Assembly: GCF_000739065.1 (NCBI RefSeq)
Contig: NZ_CP009149.1
Location: forward strand, 1,163,311 to 1,187,310
Direction of reading: 5' to 3'
Source: Methanocaldococcus bathoardescens
Lineage (GTDB): Archaea; AGJL01; Methanococci; Methanococcales; Methanocaldococcaceae
DNA length: 24,000 nucleotides
Under the pieces are notes generated by a model. The model had not been told where the DNA came from and searched no databases. It was given only the letters and a program-made list of their open reading frames with translations. Shown one piece after another: positions 1-13,198 of the stretch. The position numbers and the translations under genes were made by a program. Position 1 is the first letter of the stretch. Each line of letters begins with the position of its first letter.

Positions 1-748
1 ATCAATGAAAAAGACTTTAGGAGATTTTAAATTAGAGGTTAATGGAGGAACTATTTATAAAGGAGAAGTTATTGGTATTTTAGGGCCTAACGGTATTGGA
101 AAAACAACATTTGTTAAGTTGTTGGCAGGAGTAATTAAGCCGGATGAAGGAGAGGTTATCAAAGAAGGAGATATAAAAGTTTCATACAAACCGCAATATA
201 TTACTCCAGATTATGATGGAACTGTTGAAGATTTATTGAGTTCAATAACTAACATTCACACATCTTACTACAAATCAGAGATAATTAATCCTTTACAGTT
301 AGAGAAGTTATTGGATAGAGAAGTTAAAGAGCTATCAGGTGGAGAGTTGCAGAGAGTTGCTATAGCTGCATGTTTGAGTAGAGATGCTGATATCTATTTA
401 TTGGATGAGCCATCAGCATTTTTAGATGTTGAGCAGAGATTGAGAGTTTCAAAAGTAATAAGAAGAATTGCAGATGAAAAAGAAGCAGGAATGTTTGTTG
501 TTGACCACGACATATTATTCCAAGACTACATCTCAGATAGATTTATTGTATTCAGTGGAGAGCCAGGGAAGTTTGGAGTTGGTAGTAGCCCAATGAATAA
601 AAGGGAGGGAGCTAACAAATTCTTAAAAGAAATGCAGATTACATTTAGAAGAGACCCGGAGACAGGAAGGCCAAGGGCTAATAAAGAAGGAAGTCAAAGA
701 GATATTATGCAGAAGGAAAGAGAAGAATATTACTATGTTGATGAATAA
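1..748 (+). CDS. ABCE1 / RNase L inhibitor-type twin-ABC ATPase, C-terminal (second) nucleotide-binding domain; 5' end outside window
   Basis: Frame open from base 2. Walker A GPNGIGKTT, ABC signature LSGGELQR, Walker B IYLLDEPSAFLD, H-loop VVDHD, ABCE1-typical tail ITFRRDPETGRPRANK. Stop TAA 746-748. Confidence 0.85.
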   Translation, partial: SMKKTLGDFKLEVNGGTIYKGEVIGILGPNGIGKTTFVKLLAGVIKPDEGEVIKEGDIKVSYKPQYITPDYDGTVEDLLSSITNIHTSYYKSEIINPLQLEKLLDREVKELSGGELQRVAIAACLSRDADIYLLDEPSAFLDVEQRLRVSKVIRRIADEKEAGMFVVDHDILFQDYISDRFIVFSGEPGKFGVGSSPMNKREGANKFLKEMQITFRRDPETGRPRANKEGSQRDIMQKEREEYYYVDE

Positions 749-768
749 ATTTATCTATAAATTTATCT
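745..768. repeat. Perfect tandem duplication of a 12-mer (ataaatttatct x2) spanning the ABCE1 stop codon
   Basis: 745-756 and 757-768 are identical. Related tttatct copies occur at about 778-784 and 829-835. Confidence 0.9.
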
Positions 769-1014
769 TATGAATTTTTTATCTTTAATTTAAAATTTTT
801 AGAGGAGCTATTTTCTAATTTTGAGATTTTTATCTAATTTCTAAAGAGTAGTTTATTTTAGTGTTGAAATAATATCTCTTGGAGGATGGAAATTTCTTCT
901 ATTTTTTTATTTTTTAATAAATCCATATACAAAAATAAATAGATATAAGTTAATTTTTTATTGCTGGTTAAGCTTTAACTATTAATTAAAAATTTTCTCT
1001 TTTTAGGTGAGAAA

Positions 1015-1374
1015 ATGATTTTTAACAACTATGAAGAATTTTGCAAAAAAATGGATGAATATATTGAAAAATACAAAGGGAAATATGGATGTGTCGTAAC
1101 TTTCAATGGATTTGTTAGAGAGTATGATATAAAAAATGGAGAAAAAATCCCTTCAAAAGGAATGCATATAGATGAGAATATCTTAGAAAAATTGAAATCA
1201 ATTATAGAAGATGCAAAGAATAAGTTTGATGTTATTGATATCTTATTTTACCACAACACAGGATTCTTGAATGTTGGAGAGAGAATTGCTTCAATAGCTG
1301 TTTTTGCAAGACATAGAAAAGAGGGTTTTGAAGTTTTAGAATATATAATAAACGAGATGAAAAAATACCACTAA
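1015..1374 (+). CDS. MoaE-like protein (molybdopterin synthase catalytic-subunit family), short form
   Basis: ATG preceded by AGGTGA (1005-1010) at 4 nt spacing. FNGFVRE ... HNTGFLNVGERIASIAVFARHRKEGFEVLEYIINEMKK resembles the MoaE core (H-x-G-x-L-x-x-GE ... HR-x-x-x-F). It ends before the usual C-terminal tail. Family call is from motif memory only. Confidence 0.55.
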   Translation: MIFNNYEEFCKKMDEYIEKYKGKYGCVVTFNGFVREYDIKNGEKIPSKGMHIDENILEKLKSIIEDAKNKFDVIDILFYHNTGFLNVGERIASIAVFARHRKEGFEVLEYIINEMKKYH

Positions 1375-1379
1375 AAATT

Positions 1380-1826
1380 TTATAAGAATTTTATTTCAAA
1401 CTGGCAGAAATTATTTCCTAAACCAGCACAATGGGTTTCTTTTACTCTAACTTTTTTATCCAATATGCTCTCTAAACATCCTGCAATAAAACCGCCTTCA
1501 AACCAACATAAATTTTCTCCAACATTTGGAAGTCCAGAACAAGAAATACATTCATGTACTCTAATTTGTAATGGTTCTTTATTAACTACCTCAACTTTTC
1601 CAATTTTATATTTTTCACAAAATTTAACAACATCATCAATAGATGAAGGATTTAACGCCTGTCCAAGTTCTTTTCCACATTCATAAATAACTCCATGAGC
1701 TCCTCTTCCCAAATATCTTTCTAAATCCATAAACCTTATTAATCTAAAAACAGTAATATCTATATCCCTTCCTAATGTATCTCTATCGGACTTTGAAATC
1801 TCTTCTATTGTAAATTTTAAAGCCAT
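1380..1826 (-). CDS. V4R (4-vinyl-reductase-like) domain protein
   Basis: 148 aa. Cys-rich C-terminal half (HECISCSG ... LCWFEGGFIAGCLE ... THCAGLGNNFCQFEIKF) typical of V4R domains. SD GAGGGGT (revcomp of 1831-1837) lies 4 nt before the ATG at 1826. Confidence 0.6.
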   Translation of the reverse strand: MALKFTIEEISKSDRDTLGRDIDITVFRLIRFMDLERYLGRGAHGVIYECGKELGQALNPSSIDDVVKFCEKYKIGKVEVVNKEPLQIRVHECISCSGLPNVGENLCWFEGGFIAGCLESILDKKVRVKETHCAGLGNNFCQFEIKFL

Positions 1827-1846
1827 TACTACCCCTCTTTTTTTAG

Positions 1847-2863
1847 TTATTCAAATAATTTGTTTGAGCTTCTTCTAATCATTCCCTCAACAGCACTCTG
1901 TCCAATTAAAGACACTGCCTCTTTTATCAATGCCTGAGGAGCTACTAAGTATGTTTGATTAACATCTTTCTCTCCAATAGTTGATTTGTCAAATTCTTCA
2001 ATTATTTTTAGTGCTAAATCTAAATCTTTCTGTCTTTCATCAATTAACATATTCTTTGCGGATGTAATGAGAGCATCTTTATCAAGAACTTTCATCAATC
2101 CCTCTATTCCAGATGTTTCAATAATTGAGGCGATAGTTTGAAGAGAAACTAATATTTGCTTTTCTATCATATCCTTTGGAGCATTAATAAGTTCTCTTCC
2201 AACTCTATAATGATCTAAAACTCCAACTAAAGCAACTGCTGTTACTAAACTTCCCATGTCAGCAACTGCTGGAACTATATCAGCAGGAGCTACGTAAGGA
2301 ATCTTTCCAATGCTTTTTACTAACTCAACCAATTTATTTATCTGCTCTTCTGCTGCATACTCTTTTCCTTCTAAAGCTTTTCCAGCAATTGTGTAATATT
2401 TTTGGGAAGGAGTTCCTGGAACTCCCGTTGGGTGCATTGATGAAATTCCAACATCCTTTCTCTTTAATCTTAAAATTCCTTCTAATGACCTATATAAAAC
2501 AGGGGTTGGAAGAGTACAAGTGTTACAAATAACAGAATTTTCAGGAACATGTTCAATAATAGTTTTTACTATATTAAATGTTATTTTACCGAACGGTGTA
2601 AATAATATATGCACTTCTCCATGCTTTGCTGCTTCTATATCATCACTAACAACTTTAACTCCAGCATCTTCAACTTTTTTCCATAAATCATCGCTCATTA
2701 TATCCTTATTTGGTTCTGCTAAAACTACATCATGTCCTGCTTTAGCGAATTCAATAGCCATTCTTGAACCACCGTAAGGTGGCTCCCCTCCAAACTTTTC
2801 TGGAACTTTTAATTTCTCTAAATAGAGTTTCTGATTTCCTGCCCCGTATACTGATATTTTCAT
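1847..2863 (-). CDS. Hmd paralogue (H2-forming methylene-H4MPT dehydrogenase-related protein, HmdII/HmdIII family)
   Basis: N-terminal Rossmann motif MKISVYGAGNQ. Central NTCTLPTPV ... SSMHPTGVPGTP aligns, from memory, with Hmd THACTIPT ... SYHPGCVPE. Start re-called at the second ATG (2863) because GGGAGGG (2870-2876) sits 6 nt upstream; the ORF-track start at 2878 would contain that SD. Confidence 0.8.
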   Translation of the reverse strand: MKISVYGAGNQKLYLEKLKVPEKFGGEPPYGGSRMAIEFAKAGHDVVLAEPNKDIMSDDLWKKVEDAGVKVVSDDIEAAKHGEVHILFTPFGKITFNIVKTIIEHVPENSVICNTCTLPTPVLYRSLEGILRLKRKDVGISSMHPTGVPGTPSQKYYTIAGKALEGKEYAAEEQINKLVELVKSIGKIPYVAPADIVPAVADMGSLVTAVALVGVLDHYRVGRELINAPKDMIEKQILVSLQTIASIIETSGIEGLMKVLDKDALITSAKNMLIDERQKDLDLALKIIEEFDKSTIGEKDVNQTYLVAPQALIKEAVSLIGQSAVEGMIRRSSNKLFE

Positions 2864-2906
2864 TTTAAGCCCTCCCATAGCAAATTTTTAAAGGTTTGGA
2901 ATTTAT

Positions 2907-3251
2907 TTAGAACATTGCTTTTATCTTCTCTGCAGCTCTTTTCATTGTAATTCTAATTAAACCTAAGTTAACCTTCGCATCAGTTAAAACTACCAAAATT
3001 CCTTCTCCTGCATCGACCATTAGAGTTTTTCCATGCTCTCCTTCAATCATTGTTTGTTCTAAATTACCCATTCCGATTTCTGCTGCTGTTCTTTCAGCAG
3101 CCCCAAATGCTGCTGAAGCCATAGCCCCAACTAATTCAGCATCAACATTTCCCGGCAATTGGGAAGCTATAACCAAACCATCCTTACCAACAACCATTGA
3201 ACCTTTGATACCTTCGGTTTTATTTAGCTCTAATAAAATTCTATCAATCAT
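2907..3251 (-). CDS. Roadblock/LC7 (MglB-like) domain protein
   Basis: [22 protein letters not shown] ... [15 protein letters not shown] ... [16 protein letters not shown] is a typical Roadblock/LC7 pattern. The ORF-track start is a GTG at 3272. The ATG at 3251 is preceded by GGGGGAT, so MIDRILL... is the likelier N-terminus. Confidence 0.8.
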   Translation of the reverse strand: MIDRILLELNKTEGIKGSMVVGKDGLVIASQLPGNVDAELVGAMASAAFGAAERTAAEIGMGNLEQTMIEGEHGKTLMVDAGEGILVVLTDAKVNLGLIRITMKRAAEKIKAMF

Positions 3252-3294
3252 ACTATCCCCCAAAAATTTCACATGAGGGTGTTATGAATAGTAT

Positions 3295-3302
3295 TATATA
3301 AA
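3295..3302 (-). promoter_or_regulatory. TATA box (TTTATATA) for the Roadblock-Hmd-V4R transcription unit
   Basis: The reverse complement of 3295-3302 is TTTATATA, 43 nt upstream of the ATG at 3251. This predicts a transcription start near 3270 and a leader of about 20 nt that includes the SD. Confidence 0.55.
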
Positions 3303-3435
3303 CCTTATTATAAATTTTGATGATTATTATTAAAAAAATTAATAATATCAATTAGATTTTCAAAACTACATATTAAAAATTTTAATAATAATCAAATTTA
3401 AAATAAAATTGGGATATTATTCTTTGGTGTTAAAA

Positions 3436-5706
3436 ATGGGAGTAAAGATTAGAGTTAAAGGTATAGTTCAAGGGGTAGGATTTAGACCTTTTGTTTATAG
3501 AATAGCTAAGAAAAATAATTTAAAAGGCTACGTAAAAAACATGGGAAATTACGTAGAAATATTTGTTGAAGGAAAAAAAGAAGATATAGAAAATTTTATC
3601 AATGATTTAAAAAATAAAAAACCACCATTATCAAGAATTGATAAATTGGACATTAAAGAGATTAAAGAAACAAAAGAATTTGATGATTTTTATATTATAA
3701 ATAGTGAAAATACTAAGGAAGAGGAAGAAGGAACCATCCCAGCTGATGTGGCAATATGTGATGATTGTTTAGCTGAAATGCTTGATAAAAATAATAGAAG
3801 ATATAGATATCCATTTATTGCTTGCACAAACTGTGGGCCGAGATTTACTATAGTTGAAAAACTTCCCTATGATAGGGAAAATACTTCAATGAGAGACTTT
3901 CCTCTATGTGGAGAATGTTTAAAAGAATATAAAAATCCATTAGATAGGAGATTTCATGCTCAAGCTACTTGTTGCCCAATTTGTGGACCTAAAGTATTTT
4001 TGAGTGATGGAAAAGATATTATAGCTGAGAAGGATGAGGCAATTAGAGAGGCGGTAAAATTATTAGAAGAAGGAAAAATCTTGGCTATAAAAGGAATTGG
4101 GGGAACACATTTAGCTTGCAAGGTTAGTGAAGATGAGCCAGTATTAAATTTAAGAGAGAGATTGGGGAGACCAACACAACCATTTGCGGTGATGAGTAAA
4201 GTAGAATATATAGAGCTGTTTGCTGAAATTGATAAAGATGAAAAAAATGCTTTGGTATCTTTAAGAAGACCTATAGTTGTTTTAAGAAAGAATCAAGATT
4301 ATGATAAATATTTTTCAAAGTATGTTTCTAATTTGGATACTATTGGAGTTATGCTTCCATATAGTGGGTTGCATTATCTTTTATTTGATAAAGAGATTGC
4401 CTATGTTATGACCTCTGCCAACTTACCTGGCTTACCAATGGTTAAGGATAATGATGAAATATTAAAAAAGCTCAATGACATTGCTGATTACTTTTTATTG
4501 CATAATAGAAGGATAGTAAATAGATGTGATGATAGTGTTGTTAAAAAGGTAGCTAATAGATTGGTTTTTTTAAGAAGGTCGAGGGGATTTGCCCCAGAGC
4601 CGATAAAGGTTGATATTGAGAATAATAAAAATATTCTATGTGTTGGTGCTGAGCTAAATTCAACCGCTTGCATTGTAAAGAGAAATAAGTTTTATTTAAC
4701 TCAATATATTGGTAATACATCAAAGTATGAAACATTTTGCTATTTGAGAGACGCTATAAATAACATTTTAAGATTAACAAACACAAATAAAATTGATGCT
4801 ATTGTTTGTGACTTACACCCTCAGTTTAATTCAACAAAATTAGCTGAGGAATTAGCAGAAAAATTTGGGGTTGAGGTTTTTAGAGTCCAGCATCACTTTG
4901 CACATGCTTATAGCTTATTAGGAGATAACAACTATTTTGATGATGCAATAATTTTATCGTTAGATGGTGTTGGTTATGGGTTGGATGGAAATATATGGGG
5001 AGGGGAAGTTTTATTATTTAAAGATTGCAAGATGGAGAGAGTAGGGCATTTAGAAGAGCAGTATCAATTAGGGGGAGATTTAGCAACTAAGTATCCTTTG
5101 AGGATGCTTTTGTCCATATTATATAAAGCCATTGGTGAGGATGTATTTGATTTTATAAAGGGATACAATTTCTTTTCAGAAAAAGAACTTAAGCTATTAA
5201 AATTTCAACTTGAGAAGAAGCTCAACTGTCCAATAACAACATCTACTGGTAGGGTTTTGGATGCTGTTTCATCATTATTAGGGGTTTGCTTTGAAAAAAC
5301 CTATGATGGAGAGCCAAGTATAAGATTAGAGCCAGTGGCAAATAGATTTAAAGGAGATATCGAGGTAGAGCCAAGGATAAAAAATAATGTATTGAACACT
5401 ACAGAACTTATTTACAAATCCTATGAGATGCTATTAAATAATGAAAGTAGAGAAAAAATAGCATACTTTGCTCATATTTATATAGCAGATGGTTTATTTG
5501 AGATTGCTAAGAAAATAGCGAATAGATTTGGAATAAATGCTATAGGCATTACTGGGGGAGTTTCATATAACAAAATAATAACTGAAAGAATTATGGCTAA
5601 TGTAAAAAAAGAAGGTTTTAATTTTATTTATCATCAAAGAGTCCCTAATGGAGATGGGGGAATTAGTTTTGGGCAAGGTATTTCTTATTTATTTAGAGAG
5701 GGGTAG
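3436..5706 (+). CDS. hypF: [NiFe]-hydrogenase maturation carbamoyltransferase HypF
   Basis: Acylphosphatase-like VQGVGFRPF. Two zinc-finger pairs (CDDCLAEM ... CTNCGPRFT; CGECLKEY ... CCPICGP). YrdC-like [11 protein letters not shown]. Kae1-like C-terminus GGVSYN ... PNGDGGIS. Start re-called at ATG 3436 (GGTG 7 nt upstream); the track start is a TTG at 3409. Confidence 0.93.
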   Translation: MGVKIRVKGIVQGVGFRPFVYRIAKKNNLKGYVKNMGNYVEIFVEGKKEDIENFINDLKNKKPPLSRIDKLDIKEIKETKEFDDFYIINSENTKEEEEGTIPADVAICDDCLAEMLDKNNRRYRYPFIACTNCGPRFTIVEKLPYDRENTSMRDFPLCGECLKEYKNPLDRRFHAQATCCPICGPKVFLSDGKDIIAEKDEAIREAVKLLEEGKILAIKGIGGTHLACKVSEDEPVLNLRERLGRPTQPFAVMSKVEYIELFAEIDKDEKNALVSLRRPIVVLRKNQDYDKYFSKYVSNLDTIGVMLPYSGLHYLLFDKEIAYVMTSANLPGLPMVKDNDEILKKLNDIADYFLLHNRRIVNRCDDSVVKKVANRLVFLRRSRGFAPEPIKVDIENNKNILCVGAELNSTACIVKRNKFYLTQYIGNTSKYETFCYLRDAINNILRLTNTNKIDAIVCDLHPQFNSTKLAEELAEKFGVEVFRVQHHFAHAYSLLGDNNYFDDAIILSLDGVGYGLDGNIWGGEVLLFKDCKMERVGHLEEQYQLGGDLATKYPLRMLLSILYKAIGEDVFDFIKGYNFFSEKELKLLKFQLEKKLNCPITTSTGRVLDAVSSLLGVCFEKTYDGEPSIRLEPVANRFKGDIEVEPRIKNNVLNTTELIYKSYEMLLNNESREKIAYFAHIYIADGLFEIAKKIANRFGINAIGITGGVSYNKIITERIMANVKKEGFNFIYHQRVPNGDGGISFGQGISYLFREG

Positions 5707-5707
5707 G

Positions 5708-6712
5708 ATGATAATTATAACGCCAAGATATACAATTATAGAAAATGGAGCGATTAATAAAATAGAAGAAGTTTTAAAAAAGCTCAACTTAAGAAATCCA
5801 CTAATTGTGACTGGAAGAAATACAAAAAAATACTGTAAATTTTCCTATGATGTTGAATATTACGATGAAATCTTAAATTCTCAAATAATTGAGCAGAAAT
5901 ATATTGGCTATGATTGTATAATTGGTGTTGGAGGGGGGAGGGCAATAGATACTGGGAAATATTTGGCTTATAAATTAAGAATTCCATTTATTAGTGTGCC
6001 AACAACTGCATCAAATGATGGTATAGCATCACCAATTGTATCTATAAAACAACCTTCTTTTATGGCAGATGCACCAATAGCTATTATTGCTGATACTGAG
6101 ATAATAAAAAAATCCCCAAAGAGGTTATTGAGTGCTGGAATGGGAGATATTGTTTCAAATATTACTGCAGTTTTAGATTGGAAATTAGCTTATAAAGAGA
6201 GAGGGGAGAAATATAGTGAGAGCTCTGCTATATTCTCAAAAACAATAGCCAAGGAATTAATAAGCTATGTTTTAAATTCTGACTTGTCAGAGTATCACAA
6301 CAAACTTGTAAAAGCATTAGTTGGGAGCGGAATTGCTATTGCTATAGCTAATTCATCTCGCCCAGCTTCTGGAAGTGAGCATCTCTTTTCACACGCTTTG
6401 GATAAGTTAAAAGAGGAATATAATTTAGATGTTAATTCCTTACATGGGGAGCAATGTGGAATAGGAACAATAATGATGAGCTATCTACATGAGAAAGAGA
6501 ATAAAAAATTATTTGGATTGCATGAAAAGATTAAAATGAGTTTAAAAAAGGTTGATGCTCCAACAACTGCTAAAGAACTTGGATTTGATGAAGATATTAT
6601 TATTGAGGCATTAACCATAGCTCATAAAATAAGGAATAGATGGACTATATTAAGAGAGGGGTTAAGTAGAGAAGAGGCAAAAAAATTAGCTGAAGAAACA
6701 GGAATTATTTGA
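5708..6712 (+). CDS. egsA: sn-glycerol-1-phosphate dehydrogenase (archaeal lipid backbone)
   Basis: [35 protein letters not shown] and HGEQCG are motifs of the G1PDH/glycerol dehydrogenase fold. ATG 5708 lies 1 nt after the hypF stop and has GAGGGGT upstream. The track start at 5648 lies inside hypF. Confidence 0.9.
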   Translation: MIIITPRYTIIENGAINKIEEVLKKLNLRNPLIVTGRNTKKYCKFSYDVEYYDEILNSQIIEQKYIGYDCIIGVGGGRAIDTGKYLAYKLRIPFISVPTTASNDGIASPIVSIKQPSFMADAPIAIIADTEIIKKSPKRLLSAGMGDIVSNITAVLDWKLAYKERGEKYSESSAIFSKTIAKELISYVLNSDLSEYHNKLVKALVGSGIAIAIANSSRPASGSEHLFSHALDKLKEEYNLDVNSLHGEQCGIGTIMMSYLHEKENKKLFGLHEKIKMSLKKVDAPTTAKELGFDEDIIIEALTIAHKIRNRWTILREGLSREEAKKLAEETGII

Positions 6713-7681
6713 TTAAACAATTTTTGCTAAAGCTAAAATTATTTCTAACAGTATTAAAGCAACAATTGTGCCTTCTAAGAGTAGTCCATAAAACTCTGTT
6801 AAATGTTGCCTTGTCATTGTGTATATATCACTAATCATTTCCATTTTTTTCTCTACTCTTTTAATCCACTCTGAGACATGGAATATTTTACACAATCTTT
6901 CATACAATTCGGCATAGTATCTATCCCCATATAACATAAGGACATTTTCAATGCTATCAAAATATGATATATAGCTAATTCTCTGTAAGTATAAATCCTT
7001 AGATAATTTTTTCAACCTAAAATATCCAAGCTTTTCCCACTGTAATCTTGTGGAATATTGGATTGCCTCACTTAGCATACTGTCAAATACTCTTAAATTC
7101 AAAACCCTAATACATGCAAGCTCAATAATATCAACTTCTTCCCAGAAATCTTCATTTTTATCTAGGATTATTCCATTGTCCCAATCTAAGATAATTAAAT
7201 CTTTTGTAGAATATTTTATCTTGTTCATTAATAATTCATTTATATATTCTTCTGGAACATCTTCGTACTGATTTCTAAGAAGTTTTGTTAATATACTCTT
7301 GTTTTCTTTGATAAATGAGTCAGGGTCTGAGTACTCACTAAAGCAGTATAAAGTGTAGCTTTCTAAAAATTTATCTGCATCATATTTTTTTAAATAGCTT
7401 AAAGCTTCATCAAATAACTCTTCTTTAAGTTCAAACAGGTCTATTAAATCCTTATTTTTAAAATCTTTGACAATCTCTACGATAATATTTTTTTCATATA
7501 CTTTTATTGCTATCTCTTTATTTTCTTCGGTAATCCTTTCTATTAATGAGTATGTTGGTAAAAATTCTTCATAACTACAAATTCTCTTCATCCTAAGTTT
7601 CATCATCTGTTCAGAGTAAATATTTTCTTTTAAATACCCCACAATTATTTGGACAATCTTACCACTTAGAATAGTATCCAT
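6713..7681 (-). CDS. Conserved hypothetical protein, DUF155/RMD1-like, with one C-terminal TM helix
   Basis: C-terminal pattern YGDRYYAELYERL ... VSEWIKRVEKKMEMISDIY ... LLLEGTIVALILLEIILAL resembles the DUF155 family. ATG 7681 is preceded by GGGAGA; the track start is a TTG at 7693. Family assignment is tentative. Confidence 0.4.
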   Translation of the reverse strand: MDTILSGKIVQIIVGYLKENIYSEQMMKLRMKRICSYEEFLPTYSLIERITEENKEIAIKVYEKNIIVEIVKDFKNKDLIDLFELKEELFDEALSYLKKYDADKFLESYTLYCFSEYSDPDSFIKENKSILTKLLRNQYEDVPEEYINELLMNKIKYSTKDLIILDWDNGIILDKNEDFWEEVDIIELACIRVLNLRVFDSMLSEAIQYSTRLQWEKLGYFRLKKLSKDLYLQRISYISYFDSIENVLMLYGDRYYAELYERLCKIFHVSEWIKRVEKKMEMISDIYTMTRQHLTEFYGLLLEGTIVALILLEIILALAKIV

Positions 7682-7800
7682 GATTTCTCCCAATTTTTAA
7701 TTTCTTTTTTAAATTTAATTTTACTTTTTGATATATAAAAACCTTAATTTTAGATAAAGATAGTTTATATTTATTAATTTAAGTTTATTAATCAATAAGT

Positions 7801-7816
7801 TAAAAAAATAAAAAAT
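7801..7816 (-). terminator. Oligo-T terminator after RNase P RNA (minus strand: TTTTTT A TTTTTTT)
   Basis: T6 and T7 runs begin 4 nt past the predicted RNA 3' end. Archaeal RNA polymerase terminates at oligo-T. Confidence 0.6.
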
Positions 7817-7819
7817 AGT

Positions 7820-8085
7820 GCGGGTATGGGGGCTATAGCCCGCCTTCTGTAATTTCGGTGACATTCGGCTAAGCGCCGAGACCGGCTTGCACCCCGGGCA
7901 GGGGAGATGCCCGTTTCACCGGTTCTCCGGAAGTCCTCAACTTTCACTATCATCGTCATCTCTTCCGGAGCCGTGTCGTTTCTGCTGCACCTCCCGCCCC
8001 TTCTCAGGGGACGCTGCCCATAAATGGGGTGGGCGGAACTTCCTCCCCTCTTAAAGAGGGGAAAGTCACCAGCCCCCTTACCCGC
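7820..8085 (-). ncRNA. rnpB: RNase P RNA (archaeal, Methanococcales type)
   Basis: The minus strand reads GCGGGUAAGGGGG ... GGAGGAAGUUCCGCCC (CR-I-like) ... CCGGUGAAACGGG ... UUACAGAAGGCGGGCUAUAGCCCCCAUACCCGC (CR-IV/V-like ACAGAA-N-CGGCUA). The 5' and 3' ends pair (GCGGGUAAGGGGG / CCCCCAUACCCGC, P1). It is a GC-rich island in AT-rich DNA. Confidence 0.9.
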
Positions 8086-8088
8086 TTA

Positions 8089-8112
8089 ACTTTAAGATTT
8101 ACTTTAAGATTT
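8089..8112. repeat. Perfect tandem 12-mer (actttaagattt x2) between the rnpB TATA box and the RNA 5' end
   Basis: 8089-8100 and 8101-8112 are identical. Confidence 0.9.
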
Positions 8113-8122
8113 AAATTTTTCG
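8109..8122 (-). promoter_or_regulatory. BRE/TATA promoter for RNase P RNA (minus strand: CGAAAA-ATTTAAAT)
   Basis: The TATA-like ATTTAAAT ends 23 nt upstream of the RNA 5' G at 8085. The purine-rich CGAAAA just upstream matches the CGAAAAG-TTTATATA arrangement of the tRNA-cluster promoter at 13858-13872. Confidence 0.6.
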
Positions 8123-8133
8123 ATATTTTATTC

Positions 8134-8147
8134 AAAAATAATAAAAA
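8134..8147 (-). terminator. Oligo-T tract directly after 5S rRNA (minus strand: TTTTT ATTA TTTTT)
   Basis: Two T5 runs start at the first base after the 5S 3' end. Confidence 0.55.
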
Positions 8148-8266
8148 GTGGCCGGCGGCGTCGCCCCTTTCCCGCCAGATGGCAGTACTCGGGGCATCGC
8201 TGGGGGGCTTAACTTCCGAGTTCGGGATGGGTTCGGGTGTGGCCCCCCCGCTATGACCGCCGTACC
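8148..8266 (-). rRNA. rrf: 5S rRNA
   Basis: The minus strand reads GGUACGGCGGUCAUAGCGGGGGGGCCACACCCGAACCCAUCCCGAACUCGGAAGUUAAGCCCCCCAGCGAUGCCCCGAGUACUGCCAUCUGGCGGGAAAGGGGCGACGCCGCCGGCCAC. It has the conserved CCGAACUCGGAAGUUAAGC and GAGUACUG elements and paired termini. Confidence 0.93.
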
Positions 8267-8323
8267 AAGAAATAAATGGTGGCCTTTTTTAGGCCATGCA
8301 TAGGCTTCCACATCCGCTTAGTG

Positions 8324-11346
<3,023 letters not shown>

Positions 11347-11400
11347 TTTCACCGGGATGTGGAAGCCTATGCATGGCCCTCATGTTTTTCAGGCCCTTCA

Positions 11401-11424
11401 CCTGCAACTCTTTAGAGTTGCAGG
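11401..11424 (-). other. Perfect 10-bp hairpin in the tRNA-Ala / 23S spacer
   Basis: cctgcaactc-ttta-gagttgcagg. Confidence 0.8.
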
Positions 11425-11436
11425 TTGCATATATAG

Positions 11437-11509
11437 TGGACCCGGTGGGATTTGAACCCACGGCCTCCGGCTTGCAAGGCCGGCGCTCTCCCAGCTGAGC
11501 TACGGGCCC
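11437..11509 (-). tRNA. tRNA-Ala (UGC), in the 16S-23S spacer; CCA not encoded
   Basis: GGGCCCG UA GCUC AGCUGGGA GAGC G CCGGC CUUGCAA GCCGG AGGCC GUGGG UUCAAAU CCCAC CGGGUCC A. The G3:U70 alanine identity pair is present. Confidence 0.95.
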
Positions 11510-11573
11510 ACTTTCCCTATGAGGCAAGCCCACGACTGGTTTGGTGCCCCACAGCAACCAGCGCTTTTTTCTC

Positions 11574-13052
<1,479 letters not shown>

Positions 13053-13068
13053 TAAGTAGGAGTACGGT

Positions 13069-13095
13069 CGCAAGAAAGGATAAACCTTTCTTGCG
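13069..13095 (-). other. 11-bp hairpin in the pre-16S leader, between the processing stem and the 16S 5' end
   Basis: cgcaagaaagg-ataaa-cctttcttgcg. Confidence 0.8.
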
Positions 13096-13198
13096 GCTGG
13101 TTGCTGTGGGGTTTCACCACCAGTCGTGGGCTTGCCTCAGCCCCAACCCCTTCGGATTGGGGACGCATCCTTCGAGTGCACCCTATAGTGAGAAGTTG

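Noticed and set aside
745-835. Reiterated TTTATCT motifs and the tandem 12-mer after ABCE1; also the tandem 10-mer at 13911-13930.
   Set aside because: They are real as sequence (listed as repeats), but they are short and lie in nearly pure A/T intergenic DNA. They are most simply explained by replication slippage or oligo-T termination tracts. Nothing supports a specific function.
3252-3272. N-terminal extensions in the ORF track from TTG/GTG starts or upstream ATGs (3272, 3409, 5648, 7693, 16475, 17100, 19327, 2878, 23822).
   Set aside because: In every case a downstream ATG has a GGTGAT/GGAGG-type match at 4-7 nt spacing. The extension would either contain that Shine-Dalgarno match or overlap the preceding gene.
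13181-13192. On the minus strand, CTCACTATAGGG is a 12/12 match to the initiation region of the phage T7 class III promoter, just upstream of the 16S leader.
   Set aside because: The specificity region of the T7 promoter (TAATACGA) is absent, so this is most likely coincidence. It may overlap the native rRNA transcription start (TGC follows directly).
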